Notes under the pieces: model-generated
Seen by the model: the letters and a program-made list of their open reading frames with translations, nothing else
What the model was told of the DNA's origin: nothing
Database searches by the model: none
Part shown: positions 52,269 through 64,000 of the stretch, piece after piece
Layout: each line of letters starts with the position of its first letter
Numbering within the stretch: the stretch's first letter is position 1
Source: Malacoraja senta
Lineage: Eukaryota
Length of the DNA: 64,000 nucleotides
Assembly (NCBI GenBank): GCA_038087875.1
Contig: CM075989.1
Span: 1,612,001-1,676,000 of the forward strand
Direction of reading: 5' to 3'
Translations under genes and position numbers: made by a program

Positions 52269-52297
52269 CTGAAGATGGTTCTCGAACCCGAAATGTC
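52269..52297 (+). ncRNA. Hammerhead-like core in a Penelope-derived repeat (52200-52395)
   Basis: CUGAAGA-UGGUUCUCGAACCC-GAAA-UGUC. Confidence 0.45.
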
Positions 52298-52479
52298 ACC
52301 CATTGCTTCTATCCAGAGATGCTGCCTGTCCCGCTGAGTTACTCCAGCACTTTGACTATCTTTGGTGTAACCAGCATCTGCAGTTCCTTCCCACTCAAGG
52401 GGACCATCTCCCATGGATTCACTCATAGAGTCATAGAGCCACATTTCTCAAGAGGCTCACAGATTTTTGGTGATGATGA

Positions 52480-55400
52480 TGACAACGTGTGTTTAAATGA
52501 AAGAAAATATCAAAGTATAGGGAATAAGGTAAAAGCAGGTCCTCCAGGATAGATATCTTTGGTTTGCTTCCCTACCTCATGCAGGAGAGGGTAAGAACAG
52601 AAAGATAGGGGAGATGAATGTGTGGCTGAGGAGTTGGTGCAGGGAGCAGGGATTTAGTTATTTGGACCATTGGGATCTCTTCTGGCGCAGGGGTGACCTG
52701 TAAAAAATGGTCCTTAAATGGAGGGGTACCAACATCCTGGCCGGCAGGTTCGCTTGTGCTACACGGGTGGGTTTAAACTAGATTGGCAGTGCGGTAGGAG
52801 TTCATACAGGACAGAGGCAGGTGAGAGGTTAGAAGTTGGTATAGAGGGTGGTGAGAGAAAAGTTGGAGGACAGAATAGGCAGGAGAAAGGCGGAGAGCGA
52901 GGAAGGAGGGTTGGTTTAAACTGCACGTATTTTAAAGCAAGGGGCCTGACGGATAAGGCAGATGAGCTTAGGGCATGGATAGGCACGAGCGACTGGGATG
53001 TTGTAACCATGACTGAAACCTGGTTAATGGAGGGGCAGGAATGGCAGCTCAATGTTCTGGGGTACAGGAGCTTCAGGAGAGACAGGGGTGAGGGCCAACG
53101 AGGAGGGGGAGGGGGGGGTTGCATTGTTGGTTAAGGAGGATGTCACGGCAGTGTCCAGAGGTGACATTATGGTCAGTTCGTCTAGTGAGGCTATATGTGT
53201 GGAGCTGAGGAGCAAGAAAGTGATAGAAACATAAAAACATAGAAAATAGGTGTAGGAGTAGGCCATTCGGCCCTTCGAGCCTGCACCGCCATTCAATATG
53301 ATTATGGCTGATCATCCAATTCAGTATCCTGTACCTGCTTTCTCTCCATACCCCCTGATCCCTTTAGCCACAAGGGCCACATCTAACTCCCTCTTAAATA
53401 TAGCCAATGAACTGGCCTCAACTACATTCTGTGGCAGGGAATTCCAGTGATTCACCTCTGTGTAAATTTTTTTTCTTCTCATCTCAGTCCTAAAAGATTT
53501 CCCCTTTATCCTTAAACTGTGACCCCTTGTTCTGGACTTCCCCAACATCGGGAACAATCTTCCTGCATCTAGCCTGTCCAACCCCTTAAGAATTTTGTAA
53601 GTTTCTATAAGGATGATCACCTTGTTGGGGTTGTATAGACCCCTGAATAGTCTTCGGGAATAAAAAGAACAAATATGCCAGGAGATTGTAGACAGCTGCA
53701 GGTCAAATAAGGTTGTTGTAATTGGGGATTTTCATTTTCCCTATATTGACTGGGAAAAATTTAGGAAGGAACTGCAGATGCTGGTTTAAACTGAATATAG
53801 ACACAAAATACCTGAGCAACTCAGCGAGACAGGCAGCATCTCTGGAGAGGAGGAATGGGAGACCAGAGTCTTGACCCAAAATGTTACTTCCACATTAGTT
53901 ACTTCAAAGAGTTACTTCAACATTTTGTGTCTATCTTTGAGTGAAAGGTTTAGACAGGGTGCAATTTCTCAAAGGGGTCCAGGAGAGTTTTCTCCAGCAA
54001 TGTGCAGAAGGCCGCTCACGTGAGAGAGCAACACTTGATCTAGTGTTGGGAAATTGGGAAGGGCAAGTGGATGAAGTGTTCGTGGAGGAGCCTTTTGGGA
54101 CCAGTGACCAGAGTTCGATTAGGTTTAAGATAGTTATTGATATGGACAGAGAGGGCTCACGTGTGAAAATGCTAAATTGGGGTAAGGCCAACTTTGAGGG
54201 TGGGAGAGAAAATCTCGCTCGAGTTGATTGGGGCAGGTTGTTTGAGGGGAAAGGAACATCAGCCAAGTGGTATATTGACAAAAGCCCAGGATATGCATAT
54301 CCCTGTTAGAGTGAAGGGCAAGGCAGGCAAACGTAAGGAAACTTGGCTGACAAGAGAAATAGAGGCATTGGTCAAGAATACGAAAGAGGCATGGGACGGG
54401 TATAGGCAGCTGGGATCAAGTATATCCCTGGTACACAAAAATGCTGGAGAAACTCAGCGGGTGCAGCAGCATCTATGGAGCGAAGAAAATAGGTAACGTT
54501 TCGGGCCGAAACCAATATCCCTGGAGGAGTTTCAGTAACTAAGGCGCAAAATTATAAAGAAAATCAACAGGGCAAAAAGGGGCCAGGAAGACATAGGTTT
54601 AAGAACAAACCCAAAATATGTTATAAATTAATAAGGGGGAATAGGGTAACTAGAGAGAGAGTGGGACCTCTCAGGAATCAAAGCAGTCACCTCTGTGTGA
54701 CAAGAGATGGGCAAGGTCCTCACCGAGTATTTTTCCTCTGTATTTACCGAGGAGAAAGATAGGAGGACGGAGGAACTTGGGGAGGTCAATGGAAGTGTCT
54801 TGAGAGCAGTCAGTGTTACAGTCAAAGAGGTGCTGAAGGTACTATTATGTATGAAGGTAGACTAATCTCCAGGGCCTGATCAAATATATCCATGGACAAA
54901 CTAAAGAGGAAATTGCAGGAGCCCTGGTTGAAATTTACGAGTCATCTTTAAATATAGGAGAGGTGCCGGAAGACTGGAGGGTGGCAAATGTTGTGCCTTT
55001 ATTCAAGAAGGGCTGCAGGGAAAATGCTGGGAACTATAGGCCGATGAGCTTAACATCTGTAGTTGGAAAGTTACGAGAGAGTATTCTGAGGGATAGGATA
55101 TACAGGCATTTAGACAGCAAGGCTGATTCTGGATAGTCAGCATGGTTTTGTACGTCGTAGGTCTTGTCTCACAGATCTGATTGAGGTTTGTGAAGACATG
55201 ACCAAAAAGCTCGATGGCAGAGAGAGAGATGTACATGGATCTCAGAAAGGCATTCAACAAGTTTCCGCATGGTAGGCTGCACTGGAAGATTAGATTGATT
55301 GGCCAGTTGGGCTGAGGAATGGTTGATGGGTTGTAATGCAGAGAAATGTGAGGTGTTGGGTAAAGGATAGGTTTGGGTCAAACACGCAGGTGGGATGCGT

Positions 55401-55480
55401 AAATGGAACATGTTGGCCAGTGTGGGCAAGTTGGTCCGAGGAGCCAGTTTCCACATTGTATCACTCTATGACGCTATGAG
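52480..55480 (+). mobile_element. Long decayed CR1: ORF1 esterase C-terminus, endonuclease, RT start and 3' tail, with three nested insertions (53225-53610, 53760-53940, 54432-54515)
   Basis: MNVWLRSWCREQGF.YLDHW (ORF1), ELRAWI..DVVTMTETWL, GDF.FP.IDW, LDLVL, SDQSSIRF, KSPGPD-like and NYRPMSLTS motifs. Confidence 0.9.
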
Positions 55481-56544
55481 TTAGCTGGTCTGATGTGAAC
55501 TCCTCATGTTTCAAGAGTTAATTGTAGCTCGGAACCCATGTACCCTGGGAATGAGTCAATCGTGGATCCATGTGTCCATGTGTCCAATGTACCTGGAGAG
55601 ATAATGGGTGCAGTGGCTGGGGATTGCTGCACATATCTCTACCCAACATTTAAACAGTCTGACTTCAAAGCAGGAAGCATTTGGAGGCTGGAAATGACAA
55701 ATCTGCAATTAGTTGTCCATGGTCGGTTTTAATGTGCCCAACGAGCTTTGCTTTTATTGTATGAGAGATGAATCTTTGAACAATATTTCCAGCCTGCTGA
55801 GATTGGAAATGTTGGCCAGTAAAGCTGAGAATTATTCAATTTTTATGTAAAATACAACATATCAATCATCTGAACTGGATGGGCTGCGCGTGGCATGAAT
55901 CAGTCAGTCGATTTGTCTTGTGCGAGCTTCAATCACCAAACGCACAATGTATTCTGTTGATTCCGATTGTGAAATGGAAACACATATTGTGGCAGGATCA
56001 TTATCTAAATGTTTTGCTGTCTAGTTCTGGAGAGGCAAATGGTTTAAATAATCTTTTAGGCTTTAGAATTGTCTAAAGCCTTCAACTGAGCCAAACTCTG
56101 TGAAACAGGTGTGGAAAGGTTTCTAATATGTCTGGAAGGAGGACTGACATTAACCTGACACTAAATGCTGTCCAGATGAAAGCATTACCTAGGTTCACTT
56201 CACACTATGTGTTAATGCTGTGGTGGAATTTCTTTGAGCGTGGAGTCACAGGTAGATAAGGTGGTCAAAAAGGCTTTTGGCACATCGACCTTCATCAGTC
56301 TGAGTATTGAGGTTGGCAGGTCATAGAGTGATAGTCACAGAGTGATACAGTGTGGAAACAGGCCCTTTGGCCCAACTTGCCCACAGCAGCCAACATGTCC
56401 CAGCTACACTAGTCCCATCTGCCCGTGTTTGGCCCATATCCCTCCAAACCTGTCTAACTGTTTCTTAAATGTTGCGATAGTCCATGTCTCAATTACCTCC
56501 TCTGGCAACTTGTTCCATACACCCACCACCATTTCTGTGAAAAA

Positions 56545-57140
56545 GGAGCAAAGAGGTCCTTCTTCAGTTGTACAGAGCCCTAGTGAGACCACACCTGGAG
56601 TATTGTGTGCGGTTTTGGTCCCCTAATTTGAGGAAGGACATTCTTGCTATTGAGGGAGTGCAGCGTAGGTTTACAAGGTTAATTCCCGGGATGGCGGGAC
56701 TGTCATATGCTGAGAGAATGGAGCAGCTGGGCTTGTACACTCTGGAGTTTAGAAGGATGAGAGGGACTCTCATTGAAACATATGAGATTGTTAAGGGCTT
56801 GGACACGCTAGAGGCAGGAAACATGTTCCAGATATTGTGGGAGTCGAACCAGGGGCCACAGTTTAAGAATAAGGAGTAAGCCATTTAGAACGGAGACGAT
56901 GAAACACTTTTTCTCACAGAGAGTGGTGAGTCTGTGGAATTCTCTGCCAGAGGGTGGTGGAGGCAGGTTCTCTGGATGCTTTCAAGGGAGAGCTAGATAA
57001 GGCTCTTAAAAATAGCGGAGTCAGGGGATATGAGAAGGCAGGAACGGGGTACTGATTGGGGATGATCAGCCATGATCACATTGAATGGCGGTGCTGGCTC
57101 GAAGGGCCGAATGGCCTACTCCTGCACCTATTGTCTATTG
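56545..57140 (+). mobile_element. CR1 3' fragment inserted into an opposite-strand CR1 tail (56325-56545, 57140-57362, 57921-57965)
   Basis: YRALVRPHLEYCVRFWSP. The host consensus resumes on each side. Confidence 0.88.
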
Positions 57141-57892
57141 TTACCCCTCAGATTCCTATTAAATCTTTTCCCCTTCACCTTGAACCTGTGTCCTCTGGTC
57201 CTCAATTCCCCCACTCTGGACTAGAGACTCTGTGCATCTACCCAATTTATTAATCTCATGATTTTATACACCTCTATTAGATCACCCCTCATCCTCCTGC
57301 GCTCAAGAAATAGAGACCCAGCCTTCTCAAACTCTCCCTATAGCTCAGACCCACTAGTCCTGAGTGTGGAATAAATTGAACGGGGAATTGAAGCAATGCA
57401 CAAACATGAATCATTTTAAAATGATATATAAAAAAATAATGCTCAAGGGGTACAGGGATGGAGGGGATGGTTGACAAGTGGGGGTTGATGTTTATCTTGT
57501 TTACAATCGTTGATGTTTATCTTGTTAATATTGTTGATGTTTATCTTGTTTACTATTGTTCACTGATGTTGGGTACTTCAAATATGAAGATTGTATGTAC
57601 ATAATAGTTGAATGTATATAAGTGTCTGTATGTATTATGGGAAATTGCCTAGGGCAGTACTATTATTAGTAAGGAATTGATTTTTAAATACGATAGAAGT
57701 GTTGGGAAAAGGGGTGAGATTTAATAAGTTATTCTTCTTCTCACTCCTTTTCGAGCTTGTACAGACTCTGAGTTGGACATTGGAACCTTGATTTTGTTCT
57801 TCTCAATTGTAAATGTTGATTGCAATGTTCAATTGTTTGATAATTTCGATTTTGTTAATATCAATGTCTTTAATGTCTTTACTTGTTCGGAA

Positions 57893-57923
<31 letters not shown>

Positions 57924-58519
57924 ACTTCCTCGTAAATCTTCACTGAACCCTTTCAAGCTTGACAATACTCTCTCTACACCAATGACTGCACCTCCACTGA
58001 CTCCTCTGTCAAGCTTCTCAAGTTTGCGGATGACACGACACTGATTGGAATGATCCAGGATGGGGAGGAATCTGCCTACAGACAGGAAGTGACACAGCTG
58101 GCGTCCTGGTGCCATCGCAGCAACCTGGAGCTCAATCCTCTTAAGACAGTGGAATTGATTGTAGACTTTAGGAAACCAGCACCACTGTGTCGCTAATGTT
58201 TTCAACGATGATGAATGAATGATGGGGAAAAGATTTAATAGGAATCTGAGGGATAATGTTTTCGCACACAGGATGGTTGGTGTATGGAACGAGCTGCCAG
58301 AGGAGGTAGTGGAGGCAAGGACTATCTAAACGTTTATGAAACATTTAGACAGGCACATGGAGAGGACAGGTTTAGAGGGATATGGACCAAATGCAGGCAG
58401 ATGGGACATGTTGGTCGGTGTGAGCAGGTTGGGCCGAAGGGAATCATACAGGCTTCCACGCTGTATGACTCTGATGTGACTCCATGGAATGGGCTCTATT
58501 GGCATTTACTGCACATGTG

Positions 58520-59365
58520 GAAGCTTCCGGAAGTGGCGGCACTGTTGAACAGCTGCGGCTCGCCTGCAGTCCGTCTGTTTTTACTATTTGTTGTTGTTTT
58601 CTTTTGTCCTGTTTTAGTTAAATTTTAGTTTATTGGGTTGTGTGTGTGTGTGTGGGGGGGGGGGGTGAAATGATTTTTGTCTCTTCCTTCGGGGGAATGC
58701 GACGTTTTCTTGTCATATCCCCCTTCTCTGCCTCCTTCTGCGCTGAGGCCTAATGGCGGAGCTGGCGGCCTCCAACTGCGACCGACCTCGAGGCTCCAGA
58801 GGCAGAGTCAGGACTTACCAACGCGAGGCTGGCCAACTTCGGGGCTGAGGTGGCGTTGCAGTGGCGACCAAAGGCACTGGTGGTGACCTGAATCCGGGGC
58901 TCGGCCGCGGCTGGCCCAGTGGACGACATCGTCGGGAGCTCGCAGGTCACAGGTGGGTGACCTGTTTTTCTGGAGCTCCCGCAACTACAGCTGCGTCCGC
59001 TGGACTGGAGGGCAGCAGCCTTGGCAGCTTCGATCACCCCGGGCCGCGGAGTTTGAACCGGCCCGTCGCGGGCACGGATTCAGCCACGGGACTGACGTAC
59101 CATCACCCGGCGGGGTCACAACATCAGAAGCCTGGATCGCCTCAGCGCAGAGGGAGAACACAGAGGGAAGAGACAGAGACTTTAAGAATTTTGCCTCCAT
59201 CACAGTGAGGAGGTGCCTGGTGAAGTCACTGTGGTGGATGTTAATTTGTGTTTATTGTGTGTTTTGTTATTTATTATTATATGTATGACTGCAGGCAACG
59301 AAATTTCGTTCAGACCGAAAGGTCTGAATGACAAATAAAGGAATCTAATCTAATGTAATCTAATC
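58520..59365 (+). mobile_element. GC-rich non-coding retroposon with stem-loop and (AATCT)n tail
   Basis: CpG-rich body, 3' hairpin TTCAGACC-GAAA-GGTCTGAA, AATAAA and a short tandem tail like the Rex1-type ends in this window. Confidence 0.55.
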
Positions 59366-60062
59366 TATGCTGGTGGTTTTCCACTGCCGGGTAAACAATG
59401 TGGACCATGTCAGGAGGGAAGGCACTCCACATTTACTCAGTGGAGCACAAAACAGGGATCTTTGGCAATGGTCAGATAGTCTTTTGAGAATTGAAGATTG
59501 AAGATTTTGAAGATAAAGGAGAGTCTTTTGAAGACTCCTGGACAATTCCACTGCCTTGTTCTTCCAATTTCCACATAAAAATAAAAACAATTTCCAGAGT
59601 ATTTATCCACCTGTTTGTGCTGCCATCATTTGCTGCCATCGTTGTCAGGAAATGGACAGCATGACTGGCATTTACTGCACATCCCCAATTGCCCCTGAGA
59701 TGGTGATGAACTGCCTCCTTAAACTGCCGCAGTGCTTCTGGGTAATTGCAGGAGTTGAAGGATTTAGACCCTGTGATGAGGAAGCGTCTGACTTGTGGAA
59801 TGGGGGAACCAGGAGATGGTGATTTCCAATTCGGGTACGGACGGTTCAGATCCAGAGACAGCACAGTGGTGCAGCTGGTCGAGCCAGCCCCTCACAGTGT
59901 CAAGTGCCCAGATTCGATCATGATCTTAGACTTTAGAGATACAGCATGGAAACAGACCTTTCAGCCCACCGAGTCCGCGCTGACCAGGGATCACCTCGTA
60001 CACTAACACTATCCTACATGCTAAGTTCAATTAACGTACAAACCAGTATGTCTATTTAGATC

Positions 60063-61050
60063 TATTTACAATATACATCAATGATTTAGATGGAATTAAA
60101 AGTAACATTAGCAAATTTGCAGATGACACAAAGCTGGGTGACAGTGTGAACTGTGAGGAGGAAGCTATGAGGATGCAGGGGGACTTGGACAGGTTGGGTG
60201 AGTGGGCAGATGCATGGCAGATGCAGTATAATGAGGATAAATGTAAGGTTATCCACTTTGGCGGCAAGAACGGGAAGGCAGATTATTACCTGAACGGTGT
60301 CAGGTTAAGAAAAGGGCAAGTACAATGAGATCTGGTTGTCCTTGTCCATCAGTCACTGAAAGTAAGCATGCAAGTACAGGAGGCAGTGAAGAAAGCTAAT
60401 CGCATGTTGGCCTTCATAATGAGAGGAGTTGAATATAGGAGCAAAGAGGTGCTTCTGCAGTTGTACATGGCCCTGGTGAGACCACACCTGGAGTATTGTG
60501 TGCAATTTTGGACTCCTAATTTGTGGAAGGACTTTCTTGCTATCGAGGAAGTGCAGCGTAGGTTCATGAGGTTAATTCCCAGGATGGTGGGACTGTCACA
60601 TGCTGAAAGAATGGAGCGACTGGGCTTGTATTCACTGGAATTGATAAGGATGTGAGGTGATCTTATAGAAACATATAAAATTATTTAGGGATTGGACACA
60701 CTAGTTGCAGGAAACATGTTCCCGATGTTGGGGGACTCCAGAACCAGGAGCCACAGATTAACAATAATGGGTATGCCATTTAGAATTGAGATGAGGAAAA
60801 ACCTTTTTCACACAGTGAGTTGTGAATTTGTGGAATTCTCTGCCACTGAAGGCAGTGGAGGCCAATTCACAGGATGCATTCAAAAGAGAGTTAGATAGAG
60901 CTCTTAGGGCTAGCGGAATCAAGGGATATGGGGAAAAGGCGGAAACACGGTACTGATTGTGGATGATCAGCCATGAGCACATTGAATGGCGGTGCTAGAT
61001 TGAAGGGCCGAATGGACTACTCCTGCAACTATTGTTTATGCATCTATGTC
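60063..61050 (+). mobile_element. CR1 RT-to-tail fragment
   Basis: FTIYINDLD, KFADDTKLG and LVRPHLEYCVQFW, with internal stops. Confidence 0.92.
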
Positions 61051-61668
61051 TTTGGAGTGTTGGAGGAAACTGGAGGACCCAGAGAAAACCCAGCATGTTT
61101 GGTCACAGATACTGTGCTGACCCCCGGCGCTGTCTGTGTGGAGTTTGCATTTGCTTCCTGTGACTACATGGGCTTGCTCAGGTGCCCTGGATTCCTCCCA
61201 CATACCAAACATGTTCAGGTGTGTAGGTTAACCGGCCCTCTGTAAATTGCCCTGAGCATGGAGGGATGCGAAAGTGGGATAACATGGAACTAGTATGAAC
61301 GGATGATAAATGGTCAATGTGGACTCAGTGGGCCGAAGGGCCTGTGGCCATGCTTTATCTCGAAACGGAGATAAATTCAGAGTTCTTTGGATTCAGAGGA
61401 AAATCAAGCAAATAGAAGATGCTCAAGAAATGTGTTGGGTTGTAGCTAACAGCAAGATCTATACCGATTACCAAAATAAATCAGAGGGGAAGTAAAAACC
61501 AAAATGAGGAGTCAAAGGGAAGATTAGCATGAGGGAAGATTAGTTTAATTGTAGTTTAGGGATACAGAGTGGAACCAGGCCATTTGGCCTATCGTGTCCA
61601 GTCCGACCAGCAATCACCCATACACTAGTTCTATCTTAAACACTAGGAACAATTTACAGAAGCCAATT

Positions 61669-63305
61669 TTCCTTCCACAACTCCTATACCTATTTCAATC
61701 AATACCGATTTATCTCCCTAAAAGTTTTTTTTTTTTAATTGACTCTGTTATCACAAATTTCATTTGGGACTATAAAACCCATAGAATACACAAATGACAT
61801 TTATGTAAATTTAAAGAATATTGAGGATTAGCACTCCCCAATTTCCTTCTCTATTATTGGGAGACTAATATTAAAAACTTAATCTACTGGATGGATGATA
61901 CATGTCAACAGGTAAACTGGTTAAAAATGGAGAGGGAAGATTGTTTGCCTTTTAATTTAGGAGCGATTCTTCTTTCTCCAACACATCTGAATAAATCAAC
62001 GTATGAGCAAAATCCGATAATACATAGCACCCTACGAATTTGGAAACAGTTGAAATCAAGCCTCAAACTGAGAAATTTCTCTCTCCTTTTACCAATCGCT
62101 AACAATCCCTCGTTTAAACCGTCTACTTTAAATAAGGCGTTTGCATAATGGAAAAACTCAGGAATTAAAGGTGGGAGATCTTTACGAGAAGGGGATTTTC
62201 CACTCGTTTCAAGAATTACAGGAGAAATATCATTTGAAAGCAAGTAATTTTTTTAGATATCTTCAAATCCGAGACTATGTGAAAACATATACACAAGACT
62301 GTCACGTTATGGGTCCAGATATACTAGATGAATGCATGAATAGACAGGCTGATACACGCATGTTAATATCCTGCATTTACAATACTCTTTGAATTGTACA
62401 CATCCCTTCTTCTGAGATGCATAAGCGAGCATGGGAAGACAAATTGGGTTTATTAATTTCAAAGGATAGCTGGGAGGAAAGCCTTCTATACATACACTAC
62501 TGCTCTCTCAATGTCAGGCACCCCCTGATACAATTTAAAATACTGCATAGACCAAATAATTCAAAGAGCAAATTGAACAAGATCTTCCCAAACGTCTCTG
62601 CTATTTGTGATAAATGTCACTTCCACGAAGTGACTATAACCCATTTTCTCGCTTCCTGGATAAAGTTACAAAACTTATGGAGGGGAATATTTGATATCTT
62701 CTCCAAAATACTTTAAATTAAATTGGAACCAGATATAAAACTAATCACATTAGGTATCTCAGAGGCCTGCTCTAAGCTAACAATATTTCAAGGACGTTTC
62801 CTCAATTACTGCCTAATAACGGCGAAAAAATTAATACTCAAATTTTGGAAACAGACAACAGTCCCTACAGTGAAGATGTGGATAATGGATATGTCCGAGA
62901 CACTACATTTGGAAAACATTAGGCTTGTCTTGGCAGATCAATTTCTCAAGACATGGTTGCCTTTTACTGAATTTCTGCAACAATAGAATGGTGAAACAAA
63001 AATTTAAACCCGATGCCAGGAATGGGTGAGTGGGGGGGGGGGTGGGTGGGGGGGGGGGGAGGTATATCTCCATCTCTTTTCTTATTTATTTTCTTTTTCC
63101 TTGCACTTCTTTGGTAGCTTAGGGGGTCTTTTTATTGCTCTCTCTTATTTTACTTATTTTTCTTCACTCTCTTTTTTTCCTTTTTTTTCCTTTTTGTTGA
63201 TTTAGGTTACAATGTTAAAAATGAAGCTGTATAATAACTGTATAACTGTTATGTCGATCGCCTTATCCCTGTACAATTGCTTCTAATAAAAATTAATTTT
63301 AAAAC
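61669..63305 (+). mobile_element. 5'-truncated L1-clade LINE
   Basis: LPQLLYLFQSIP..NFIW, LALPNFLLYYW, FFRYLQIR, IQFKILHR, CDKC and AKKLILKFWK motifs, then 3' UTR, AATAAA and A-rich end. Confidence 0.92.
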
Positions 63306-63664
63306 AATGAGGAAGATTAGCATGAGGGAAGATTAGTTTAATTGTAGTTTAGAGTTACAGAGTGGAACCGGGCCATTTGGCCTATCATGTCCAGTCCGCC
63401 CAGCAATCATCCATACAATAGTTCTATCTTATACACTAGGAACAATTTACAGAAGCCAATTGACCTACAAGCCTGCACATCTTTGGAATGTGGGAGGAAT
63501 CCGGAGCACCCGGAGAAAACCCACATGGTCAGAGGGAGAAAGTAGAAATTCCATAAAGACAGCACACATAGTCAGGATTGAACCTGGGTCTCTGGCGCTG
63601 TAAGGCAGCAACTCTACCGCTGCGCCACCGTGCCACCCCAGGTCCCAACGTAAATTGTGTGACA

Positions 63665-63932
63665 CACTGATGAGACACTGGTCAACCTGAGGAGTACCTT
63701 CAGCAACAGACTGGTTCCACCATGATGCAGCACAGAACGCCACAGGTGATCTTTCTTTCCTGTGGCTATCAAACTAAACAATTCCTCCCCCTTTTGTCGT
63801 GAGGTAGACTGACTCCCCTCCCCCTCTCCCCCCCCCCCCCTCCTTCCACAATCTTTGCACATCCCCCAATCCTTTCCACTCGTCACTTTAATTTCATGTT
63901 TCATGTATTTTGTGTTTTATGACTGTTGGCAG
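63665..63932 (+). mobile_element. Rex1-type LINE 3' fragment
   Basis: STFSNRL..C.TERHR.SFFPVAIKL-type end and 3' UTR. Confidence 0.6.
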
Positions 63933-64000
63933 ATGAGGGGAAGGGATTGATGAGGCCTGCAGGGAGTTGCAAAGGGAACAATCACTTCTAAATGCTGAAA

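Overview
This is eukaryotic, repeat-dense, non-genic or deep-intronic DNA. The repeat families (HE1/V-SINE-type tRNA SINEs sharing tails with CR1 LINEs, Rex1, L1, Penelope) point to a cartilaginous fish, probably a skate or ray; that is inference. I could not support any host exon, tRNA/rRNA gene or CRISPR array. The window is a stack of nested mobile elements. It holds two related tRNA-Pro-primed ERV 5' ends, one with an apparently split and inverted LTR. Two DIRS1-type tyrosine-recombinase retrotransposons are integrated at AAT: one in a deleted hAT (with a 1157-bp duplicated end) and one in a non-autonomous Helitron. A young CR1 has an open RT frame and a 29-bp fold-back 5' end, and an L1 fragment is flanked by a 151-bp duplication. 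Many short Penelope-type repeats carry minimal hammerhead ribozyme cores. There is a 200-N assembly gap at 39905-40104. I found no evidence of a wholly new biological system; the best leads are mechanistic scars of transposition and the ribozyme-bearing short repeats. Boundaries of degraded repeats are approximate (read by eye).
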